Shown here: piece by piece, positions 1 through 7,406 of the stretch
How the letters are laid out: each line of letters opens with the position of its first letter
How positions within the stretch are numbered: position 1 is the stretch's first letter
Source: a virus
Taxonomy: Duplodnaviria; Caudoviricetes
Reading direction: 5' to 3' (one strand)
Length of the DNA: 24,825 nucleotides
Virus record (IMG/VR): IMGVR_UViG_3300049009_000175
Location: 1 to 24,825 of that record
Translations under genes and position numbers: made by a program
The notes under the pieces: model-generated
Seen by the model: the letters and a program-made list of their open reading frames with translations, nothing else
Told to the model about the DNA's origin: nothing
The model's database searches: none

Positions 1-1
1 G

Positions 2-94
2 CGTAAACGGGATTATGAGAAACGCATCACAAGTCGTCCCGAGAACGTGGCAGGGGTTAACTTATGGAACGCATGGAACGGGATAGCAAAATGA
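2..94 (+). CDS. 3' end of an upstream hypothetical gene (partial)
   Basis: Open frame from the window edge reads RKRDYEKRITSRPENVAGVNLWNAWNGIAK*. Its TGA (92-94) overlaps the ATG at 91 (ATGA coupling). Confidence 0.6.
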   Translation, partial: RKRDYEKRITSRPENVAGVNLWNAWNGIAK

Positions 95-411
95 CTCCAA
101 AAATGAAAGACTACCTGATAAAAAACATATCAGCAACGGCTTTGCAAATAGCCAAAGACCTTGGCATTACTAGGCAATCAGTCTATGAGCAGCTAAAAAA
201 CAAAGTGAGGATTGCAGGATGGGTTCCAGGGGGCCGTGGGCAAGCAACAGCGCTTTATGCGTTTGGTAAGGGGTACAACGCACGTAAGCCAGCGCCGATG
301 TCTCAGGTAGAGCGTAGTAAGGCGTATCACGCACGACACAGCGCCATCATTCGGGCACGTCGCCCATCGAAAACAAGCACGGCCCTTGGGCCTTGGAAAG
401 GATTGATATGA
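91..411 (+). CDS. Small basic helix-turn-helix DNA-binding protein
   Basis: Contains the HTH-like segment ATALQIAKDLGITRQSVYEQLK. Start moved from 64 to ATG 91 because of the ATGA overlap. Confidence 0.7.
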   Translation: MTPKMKDYLIKNISATALQIAKDLGITRQSVYEQLKNKVRIAGWVPGGRGQATALYAFGKGYNARKPAPMSQVERSKAYHARHSAIIRARRPSKTSTALGPWKGLI

Positions 412-689
412 TATTGATTAGACAGGCCCGACGAGTCGAGCAGCGGCTGCGTGAAACAACATTCAGCAGTGACCCTCGCACATTCATGGAGGGCGCAATA
501 ATCATCGCCGCCCTGATCACAGAGCTTGAGGCGGAGCAGCTTGATGCTGCACGGTATCGGTGGTTACGTGTCAGCTTCAGAGATGACTTAGTAATGCACG
601 GCGACATTAGCAACACGTCACTAATGATGGGATCAGAGCTTGATGAAGCAATCGACGGTGCAATCGCAGCAGGAGGAGAAACGAAATGA
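408..689 (+). CDS. Hypothetical phage accessory protein
   Basis: ATGA-coupled start at 408. Contains DAARYRWLR...ELDEAIDGAIAA, a motif common in proteobacterial phage accessory proteins. Confidence 0.8.
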   Translation: MILIRQARRVEQRLRETTFSSDPRTFMEGAIIIAALITELEAEQLDAARYRWLRVSFRDDLVMHGDISNTSLMMGSELDEAIDGAIAAGGETK

Positions 690-994
690 CCGATGAATAC
701 GAAATGATTGATAGCTACCTACGAAACAATCTTCATGACGATGACTACGCGGAGTATTCCGCAGCCCTTGATGAAGTAGCACACGGCGCAGAGCAAGCCA
801 AGGCCGCGCTGGCAGCACTGAAGCAGTACGCTGATCTTGCAGTTCAAAGAGAGGAAGAAATGAAACAGAAGTGCTGGCTTGTGTGCGACGGAATTGTGCG
901 GTTCTTTGAAGACTCGAAAGACCTCAATCCTCTACACAGGCGCGAAATGGAAACAGCAATTGCAATTGCAAAACAAATTAAGGACTTGAAATGA
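686..994 (+). CDS. Hypothetical phage accessory protein
   Basis: GGAGG RBS at about 672-676; ATGA overlaps at both ends. Confidence 0.85.
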   Translation: MTDEYEMIDSYLRNNLHDDDYAEYSAALDEVAHGAEQAKAALAALKQYADLAVQREEEMKQKCWLVCDGIVRFFEDSKDLNPLHRREMETAIAIAKQIKDLK

Positions 995-1581
995 CCCGCG
1001 CATTAGTACAGCAGATGCTTGAGGCTTTGAATACATGTGGCTATGAAGATCACGGCGCACATTACCCCGAGTTTGATGATGATGCTGTGGAAGCAGCAAT
1101 CACCGCCTCCCGAGAGTATCTGGCAGCACCGGAGCAGTTGGAGTATGTGGCGAAGGTATTTATTTGCTCTGATTGCCAGCATCCATACGTAGATGCTCCT
1201 CCCAGCCAGTGCGATTGTCTTGGCAAAGAGCAATACACAGAGGGGTATATCTACACCAATCCTGCGCCACAGCCCACCACACCGGAGCCGGTGAATCAGG
1301 CGCTGCTTGCGGCGTTGAAAGAGTATGCCAAAGCAGGCGTCGGCAACAGCACAGATTGGAGAGTCCAGTTATCCGCATTGCGTATGGCTACCGCCGCCAT
1401 CGCTTCCGCAGAGCAAGCCCCACAGCCCACCGAACTGTCGGACAGCGACATTGAGGAGCTAACTGGGCACCTTATAGCAGAGAAAGAATATGAAAACTGG
1501 ACAGGTCGTGAGCAACTTGTAGTCACTGGTTGCATCGACTTCGCCCGAGCAGTCCTCGCAGCAAGAGGAGGAGCGAAGTGA
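991..1581 (+). CDS. Hypothetical mosaic accessory protein with a CxxC...CxC putative zinc-binding segment
   Basis: ATGA-coupled start; CSDC...QCDC motif; two APQPT linkers. Confidence 0.85.
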   Translation: MTRALVQQMLEALNTCGYEDHGAHYPEFDDDAVEAAITASREYLAAPEQLEYVAKVFICSDCQHPYVDAPPSQCDCLGKEQYTEGYIYTNPAPQPTTPEPVNQALLAALKEYAKAGVGNSTDWRVQLSALRMATAAIASAEQAPQPTELSDSDIEELTGHLIAEKEYENWTGREQLVVTGCIDFARAVLAARGGAK

Positions 1582-2024
1582 ACCCAGCAGTACACCAAAG
1601 AATCTGTGCAGAAATCCAAGATAGGCATGAGAAAAAGCTGGAAAGGCTTCGTGCTGAACGCCTTGAACTGCTTGAGAAATCATTGAAACAAGCTGCCGAG
1701 GTTGAGAGGCTCAAGGAAGAGAACCAGAAGCTTATAGACGCAGCACACGGAGCAGAGCAGGCCAAGGACGCGATGCTGGATGTGAAGCTGCCAAAGCCGC
1801 ATACCGTGATGGTGACTAATGCCGATGTCGGTTGCGTCGAGCTTCTTGACGTCTACACCGCCGACCAGTTGCAGCAAGTCGTGGCTGCGGAACGGGCCAC
1901 CGAACTGACGGACGAGCAGTGGCAAGAGATTGCAGACATAACCGGAAGCATCATTACAAGACGCGGCAAGGATGCAATTGAAAAATGCCTAGGCATCACG
2001 GCAGCACAACGGAGTAAGACATGA
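1578..2024 (+). CDS. Hypothetical accessory protein with N-terminal coiled coil
   Basis: GTG start at 1578 (GTGA overlap) preceded by AGGAGG. The track's 1530 start is probably too long. Confidence 0.8.
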   Translation: MNPAVHQRICAEIQDRHEKKLERLRAERLELLEKSLKQAAEVERLKEENQKLIDAAHGAEQAKDAMLDVKLPKPHTVMVTNADVGCVELLDVYTADQLQQVVAAERATELTDEQWQEIADITGSIITRRGKDAIEKCLGITAAQRSKT

Positions 2025-2305
2025 CCACCACACAAACCGCTGAGTCGCTGGCAGACGCATATGCCGCAGCAGCTTTCGCAGAGGGTAAAGCTGGAACACA
2101 CCTATTCCCATTTGAAGTCGAGAACAAAGTAGATGTACGCATGAAGGCTAGAGATGCCCTAGCAGCAATGCTCAGGTCGCAGGCAGCGGAGATTGGACGC
2201 TTGCGTACTGCATTGGAAATGGCAATACGTCAAAACGAACACGACATGATTATGACAGGTGAGGAACTTCGCAAGGGCCGTGCAGCATTGAGAGAGTACA
2301 AATGA
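2021..2305 (+). CDS. Hypothetical phage accessory protein
   Basis: GGAG RBS at 2011; ATGA overlaps at both ends. Confidence 0.85.
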   Translation: MTTTQTAESLADAYAAAAFAEGKAGTHLFPFEVENKVDVRMKARDALAAMLRSQAAEIGRLRTALEMAIRQNEHDMIMTGEELRKGRAALREYK

Positions 2306-2481
2306 TCATCAACTATTGGGACTGCGAGTTCAACAATTACGACGAACTATGGGATGGCGAGGAGGAGATCCGCATATACGGATGCTCTCATCCCGATAAC
2401 AAAGAACGTCATTGCTCCATAAACAACAAGTGGTGTGGTGACAAGGATGAGTGTCCTATTGCAGCATTGGAGAAAGCATGA
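2302..2481 (+). CDS. Small Cys-rich acidic protein (59 aa), absent from the ORF track
   Basis: MIINYWDCEFNNYDELWDGEEEIRIYGCSHPDNKERHCSINNKWCGDKDECPIAALEKA* fills the gap exactly, with ATGA overlaps at both ends. Confidence 0.85.
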   Translation: MIINYWDCEFNNYDELWDGEEEIRIYGCSHPDNKERHCSINNKWCGDKDECPIAALEKA

Positions 2482-2837
2482 CTAACAAAATCATGGAACT
2501 GGCTCATGCGTATGCCACGCAAATGATGCACAGCCACTATCACCCTTTGATGGAAGCCAGAGCCGCACTCGCCACCGAAGTCCAAGCCCACATCGACTAC
2601 ACGAAAGCAGTGGTCAGTGAGCGTGATGAAATGCGGGAGAAGGTGAGCGATCTAAAAGTATGTGTGCAGAAGCTCTACACAGCTGCCCCACAGCCCATCG
2701 AACTGCGAGAGATTTACTCTGGGTTCTTCCATGTAGCTAAGTTGTCAGCCGACACCAACGCCACACTGATCACAGAGCTTGAAGCCGATGGCGATACCGA
2801 TCCGGTAATCACAACACTACGCGAGGGCTTGAAATGA
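2478..2837 (+). CDS. Hypothetical phage accessory protein
   Basis: GGAG RBS and ATGA-coupled start at 2478 (MTNKIMELAHAY...). Confidence 0.8.
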   Translation: MTNKIMELAHAYATQMMHSHYHPLMEARAALATEVQAHIDYTKAVVSERDEMREKVSDLKVCVQKLYTAAPQPIELREIYSGFFHVAKLSADTNATLITELEADGDTDPVITTLREGLK

Positions 2838-3037
2838 CACATACATTGAACACTGACAAAACCGTAGCGGTATCCCCAGATCAGTACTGGCTACGCATCG
2901 ACAAAGACACACCCCGAGGTGTCAAGATCCTGCTTCTGGGTATCGGTGGGGTAGCATCCATCGGGCAATGGGACGGGAAGAACAAGTTTTGGACAGGTTG
3001 GGTTCCCCTGCCCAAGAAACCCGACTGGATGATTTAA
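2834..3037 (+). CDS. DUF551-like small phage protein
   Basis: The pattern W..I...P....ILL...G.W......W.PLP..P is typical of DUF551-type domains. Confidence 0.65.
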   Translation: MTHTLNTDKTVAVSPDQYWLRIDKDTPRGVKILLLGIGGVASIGQWDGKNKFWTGWVPLPKKPDWMI

Positions 3038-3603
3038 CGGGCTGCTACACCGTTGATCTTCTCGGCTGTACGCAACCCACCTAAGCTGTGAACGCGCAAA
3101 ACACCCTCTGCAAACCTTACAAGCTCAACTTCTGAGGCATGAGACTTCATTAGGTTTGCAAGATAGGAAATGATTTGTATGTTGTTAGTCGTGTACCCAT
3201 TGCTACTATCAATTCTGTCAACAGATGCCAATGCGTTATTTTTCATGCCTTGATCAAAAGTAAGGAAGCAACCAAAATATGGGCAAAAAATTGACTTACG
3301 CATTAAATCCAATACAAATTTCGGTGTTAGGTCGAATTCCATTCCGTTTACGATAGCTCTTTTACGGCAATCGCTATACGCAGAACTGGCTCTAGCTTTA
3401 ACAGGATCGTTATTCCTTAATTTATCCTTGCACCTCTTTGTTGCCTCAGAGGATTTGCCGGGATTATTTTTATTCCATTCTTTGTTGTACAACCGCTTTT
3501 CAACCTTTATGCACTCTTTGCATTTGTTGACGTAATTTGCCTTTTGGTCTGCCGACCATGTTGAGTCAGTTAGTTCACACTGGCAGTTAATACAATTTTT
3601 CAT
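3034..3603 (-). CDS. HNH-like (His-Me finger) endonuclease, probable free-standing homing endonuclease
   Basis: N-terminal CxxC...CxxC, then CPY...SVDRIDSSNGYTTNNIQIISYLANLMK. Visibly AT-richer than its neighbours; ATGA-coupled to the holin. Confidence 0.75.
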   Translation of the reverse strand: MKNCINCQCELTDSTWSADQKANYVNKCKECIKVEKRLYNKEWNKNNPGKSSEATKRCKDKLRNNDPVKARASSAYSDCRKRAIVNGMEFDLTPKFVLDLMRKSIFCPYFGCFLTFDQGMKNNALASVDRIDSSNGYTTNNIQIISYLANLMKSHASEVELVRFAEGVLRVHSLGGLRTAEKINGVAAR

Positions 3604-3659
3604 TTGTGCGTAATGGCTGCAACACCATTCAGTTTTTCAATTGTACGGAAACCACCAAG
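3040..3659 (-). repeat. Diverged 45-bp direct repeat (3040-3084 and 3615-3659) encoding the holin C-terminus
   Basis: LGGLRTAEKINGVAA vs LGGFRTIEKLNGVAA: 12/15 aa and 32/45 nt identical by manual alignment. Confidence 0.85.
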
Positions 3660-3998
3660 TCCAAGCATCCCCATGAGCAATGGCATCATCTCAGCCAGAT
3701 CAGCCGGGGTAATCGTCACGGTAATGCCTAACAAAATAAGAATGAACTTTGCAACTGGAAGGCCGATCCAGTTCCATGCGCAACCCATTCCACACACCCA
3801 CATGATGAAAGGTCTAGCGCCTGATACGAACACCGAAGGGGACTTGGCTTCTTCCTTGTTGATGTCAATCTGACCCTGGACAACCATCACCGCAGCGGCA
3901 ATGGCCTGCTTCTCTTGCTCAGACTTATCAGGCCATATCCGATTGATGGCAGTGTTTACCAGATCCGCAATTGCACCGACACCAATGAGATCAGCCAT
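3600..3998 (-). CDS. Holin, GTA-type 3-TM holin family
   Basis: SGARPFIMWVCG...PLLMGMLGLGGFRTIEK signature; hydrophobic segments; adjacent to the endolysin. Confidence 0.85.
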   Translation of the reverse strand: MADLIGVGAIADLVNTAINRIWPDKSEQEKQAIAAAVMVVQGQIDINKEEAKSPSVFVSGARPFIMWVCGMGCAWNWIGLPVAKFILILLGITVTITPADLAEMMPLLMGMLGLGGFRTIEKLNGVAAITHK

Positions 3999-4468
3999 TA
4001 CATTCCTTTGAGTTGGTCAGCGATACGCCGACTCCAGCCTTTACCGAACACGTCCCACGTGGACAGTCGGGTCATGAAGTCCAGACGCTGACCAAGGAAC
4101 CTGGCACACAACGATTCAGCATCTAGTCGATTGATGGCCGAGATAGTCAATGAACCCAAGACACCATCATCTGCTGTGCCCACAGCACGCTGGAGGAACC
4201 GGATAGCCTGACCAATGCCCGAATTGACTGCTGCATCAAAGAGCAGGAAGGCAAGGGATGGAGGGAGATTGTCGCACTGAGCACGATCCCAATAGTCCCG
4301 CTTGTAGATTTCCTTGGCACCATCACGAGTGAGGTTCTTGATGTCTACGACAGGGTAAGCCCGTTTGCTGATACCCCAGTTGGTTTCACCCCCTGGGTCT
4401 CTGGCATCCAGTGAATAACCACCTTCAAACTTGAGCAGATTGTCAAAGCACTGATCGAACCAGGTCAT
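3998..4468 (-). CDS. Endolysin, glycoside hydrolase family 108
   Basis: FEGGYS...DPGGETNWGIS catalytic motif, LFDAAVNSG, DGVLG..T and FGKGWSRRI. Confidence 0.93.
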   Translation of the reverse strand: MTWFDQCFDNLLKFEGGYSLDARDPGGETNWGISKRAYPVVDIKNLTRDGAKEIYKRDYWDRAQCDNLPPSLAFLLFDAAVNSGIGQAIRFLQRAVGTADDGVLGSLTISAINRLDAESLCARFLGQRLDFMTRLSTWDVFGKGWSRRIADQLKGM

Positions 4469-4716
4469 TTGTCGGCCTTGCTGTGAAGTAGTGATTCTAT
4501 CTTTTCCAATTTGCCAAACAGTGCCAGTGTCAGTTCACGCAAATCTTCTCGGGTGACATATTTACCAGCTACTAGAACCTCGATGTCTGATATCTTGGCA
4601 ATCAGTTCTTTGTCTGTGGTCTGCAAATCTTTAACCACTTCCCACATAACTTTCAGAAGAAACCCCATCAATCCCCCGAAGCACGTCAGAATCCAGTTAA
4701 TAATAGTCTGATCCAT
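4465..4716 (-). CDS. Small single-TM lysis-associated membrane protein (holin/antiholin-like)
   Basis: N-terminal hydrophobic helix followed by coiled coil; first gene of the lysis cassette; AAGGGA RBS; ATGA-coupled to the endolysin. Confidence 0.65.
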   Translation of the reverse strand: MDQTIINWILTCFGGLMGFLLKVMWEVVKDLQTTDKELIAKISDIEVLVAGKYVTREDLRELTLALFGKLEKIESLLHSKADK

Positions 4717-4740
4717 TGTTAATCCCTTAGTGAACTTTAC

Positions 4741-7404
4741 TTATTGTGCCAGAGCATTGACGGATGCTGGAGCAAGTATTCTGGATACATTGCTTGTAGT
4801 CGCAAGTGCATTGGCTGCACGAGTTTTTGCCAATTGTTTGACTTGCGCACCACCTACAAGTTTAGCAGCACTGGTGGAATTAGAAAGCTCTGTGGCAATT
4901 TCAACGGCCAACTTTTTGTCAATGCGTCCTTCCAATCGACCCATTATCATATTAACGATTGACATGACCTTATTCAGTGGAAATATGTGAGGTTTGGTTT
5001 CGTCACTAAATAACCTCAATGGTGAATCAAGAGCCTTGGCACCTTCCACTGCAAGTTCTTCAAATTTCTCACCTTGTGCTATTCGGGTTTGAATATCTTT
5101 GACCGCTGCTTTAACTTCAGGCAAACCTTGAGTTAATTTGTCAAGATTCTGCTGTGACGCAAGTGCATTCTTTGGGGCAGTTACTCCCAATTTATTACCA
5201 GTTTGCTCGACAAGTTTAGTCAGTTCGGCTAATTCTTTGGCTTTGTCAAATGTAGCTTGTGCCGTTTTAGGGTCATGTGCTTTGAGAACCCGCAGGATGC
5301 CTTGCTCGTTATCGACCAAGTGCTTTAAAGGCTCGGATGCTTTACCTGCATCTTGCATGACACCCCGAGCCAGTGCTGACTTAGCAGGTGCATCCATTCG
5401 AGTCAGTGCTTGGCCTGCCACTTCCGGGTTACTGACAATCGCAGAACGCAACTTATCAGTTTGCTTGAACCCCAGTGTGGTCGATGCTAGGTTAAGTGCT
5501 TCCTCTTCAGCCTTGAACGTCTCTGCAACTTTGCCTGGGATTGCTTTACCTTGAGCAAGCAATGCTTCTTCTGCTGCTGTGATACCCTTGATCTGACCAC
5601 CGATTTGCTCAAGTCGACCGCTCATTTCCATACCCGCATCGTCCAACGCTCCAAGTTGGCGAGCGTAGTCGGACATAAACTTGGCATGTGCTTCAGGTGT
5701 TGCTGCTTTGGCACCACTCAAAACTTGTTGTCGATACAAATCTTCAACACCTGTTTTAAGCGTCTGCATTGCAGCAGGGTCTTGCTTGAACACTTTCAAG
5801 AATTGAACCGTATTACCCTCATCAGCCATTACTTTGTTGACAACATCAGTAGGTCGCAGCATGGGTTCGTTTAACGTACTGACGCGACGTAAGTTTGCTA
5901 CCTGACCAGTTCGATGAGTGCCAAGAATTTGTTCTTTGAAGATGTCATCCGCTTTCCCGTACAGCTTAAACGCTTCTTCAGGGACACCCTTTTTGATAGC
6001 ATCATTCAATGCTAAGTCAAGCTCTTGGAGATTGGCACGAGCGTAGTTTGCTTCGCCAGTGTTCAATCCTTTGAGCCTGTTTATGTCAATGCTGATGGCT
6101 TTACTGATATCGGATGCTTCTTGGAACGTAACAGGTTTTGCGGATTGCAGGGTTTTAACTGGTACGCCTTGCACCATTGTTTCTACTTGTCGAGGAGCAT
6201 ATCGTTCCAACAATGCCGACGCATTGGGAGCCATTTCGGTTCCTTTAATCTTAGTCAGCACCTCTGCAAGTTGTCCTTTAGCAGTGGATGCCAATCCATT
6301 CAGATTGATGGTGGCGTCTGGTGCAGCCTTGAATGCAGCGTTGTACGCTGGTGTGACTACTTTTTTCTGAGTTGCTTCTTGAATAGCCTTGTTTGCAGCG
6401 GTTAGCGCTTGACCAGTTTCGAGTTGGCTTACGTTTGCAATTCCACCTTCAACACCTTGACGTTGTGCGGCAAGTGCTGCTTCAGCGGCTTGCTGTTCTG
6501 CTGTCAATTGACCAGTCAGTGCGGTTCTCTGTCCTTGCAGATTTGCTGCTTCACCCGCCAGTGCTTGTTTTACTGCACGACGTGGTGCAGTTGGTGACGC
6601 TGTAGCGATAGGCAGGTTTTGCTGTGTCAAAGCATTGACGTTTTGCGATGCTGCTGCAAGTTGATTGGCTTGGGTAGCCTTCAGGGTCTCATCTAACTCC
6701 CGATACAGTGTCTGAGTAGCGGTAGACGAAAGTGATGCTTTTTTGACAAGTGCCGCCAATCCTTGTGCATCGGTAAGAGCAGCAGCTTCTTGGATAGTCT
6801 TACCTTGATCGAGTAAGTCTTTAATCTTATTCATCAAAACAGGATCATTGTTTAACGATTCCGCTATGCTTGATGACTTTAGTCGTGACGGTGTTAATAC
6901 ATCAGCCACGCCGCTTCCCATACCTTTTACAACTTTACTGACATATGGTGCCGCAAGTCCAATTCCTTTTCCAATTACTTGACCACCCATTTCCATAGTG
7001 GCACCTTCGGCAACATCACCACCTACGCGCCGCGCAGTTTGTGATAAGCTCTCAGGTTTGTTTGTTCCACCTACTAATCGCATCAACCCCTTAGCACCAG
7101 CATAACCTGCCGCAGAACCAGCAACTGTTCCCAATGGGCCTACACCTGAACCCAACGCGCCACCACCTGCCATACCAATCGCTTCGACTGCTGGTGCGAT
7201 GAACGCTGCCTGCTCGGCACGAGGTTTTTGAGATAACGTCATTCCCATTTCAAATGGTGTAGACAATAGGTCAAACATTCCTCTTTTCGGTTGTGTGCTT
7301 CCAGTAGTAGCCGAAAGCATTTTTAAACCAGCATCGCTCATGCCGCTTAAGTTACCCCCATGCAATGCTTTTAGGTCGGAATCGCTCAGTTGACTCAAGT
7401 CCAT
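4741..7404 (-). CDS. Large DNA ejection (internal virion) protein, P22 gp16-position
   Basis: 887 aa, Ala/Gln/Lys-rich and helical, with a Gly-rich hydrophobic stretch (GMAGGGALGSGVGPLGTVAGSAAGYAG). Third gene of the ejection trio by synteny. Confidence 0.7.
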   Translation of the reverse strand: MDLSQLSDSDLKALHGGNLSGMSDAGLKMLSATTGSTQPKRGMFDLLSTPFEMGMTLSQKPRAEQAAFIAPAVEAIGMAGGGALGSGVGPLGTVAGSAAGYAGAKGLMRLVGGTNKPESLSQTARRVGGDVAEGATMEMGGQVIGKGIGLAAPYVSKVVKGMGSGVADVLTPSRLKSSSIAESLNNDPVLMNKIKDLLDQGKTIQEAAALTDAQGLAALVKKASLSSTATQTLYRELDETLKATQANQLAAASQNVNALTQQNLPIATASPTAPRRAVKQALAGEAANLQGQRTALTGQLTAEQQAAEAALAAQRQGVEGGIANVSQLETGQALTAANKAIQEATQKKVVTPAYNAAFKAAPDATINLNGLASTAKGQLAEVLTKIKGTEMAPNASALLERYAPRQVETMVQGVPVKTLQSAKPVTFQEASDISKAISIDINRLKGLNTGEANYARANLQELDLALNDAIKKGVPEEAFKLYGKADDIFKEQILGTHRTGQVANLRRVSTLNEPMLRPTDVVNKVMADEGNTVQFLKVFKQDPAAMQTLKTGVEDLYRQQVLSGAKAATPEAHAKFMSDYARQLGALDDAGMEMSGRLEQIGGQIKGITAAEEALLAQGKAIPGKVAETFKAEEEALNLASTTLGFKQTDKLRSAIVSNPEVAGQALTRMDAPAKSALARGVMQDAGKASEPLKHLVDNEQGILRVLKAHDPKTAQATFDKAKELAELTKLVEQTGNKLGVTAPKNALASQQNLDKLTQGLPEVKAAVKDIQTRIAQGEKFEELAVEGAKALDSPLRLFSDETKPHIFPLNKVMSIVNMIMGRLEGRIDKKLAVEIATELSNSTSAAKLVGGAQVKQLAKTRAANALATTSNVSRILAPASVNALAQ

Positions 7405-7406
7405 AA

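Noticed and set aside
347-2591. Minus-strand and alternative-frame ORFs over the early region
   Set aside because: The plus-strand RTGA-coupled gene chain accounts for every base.
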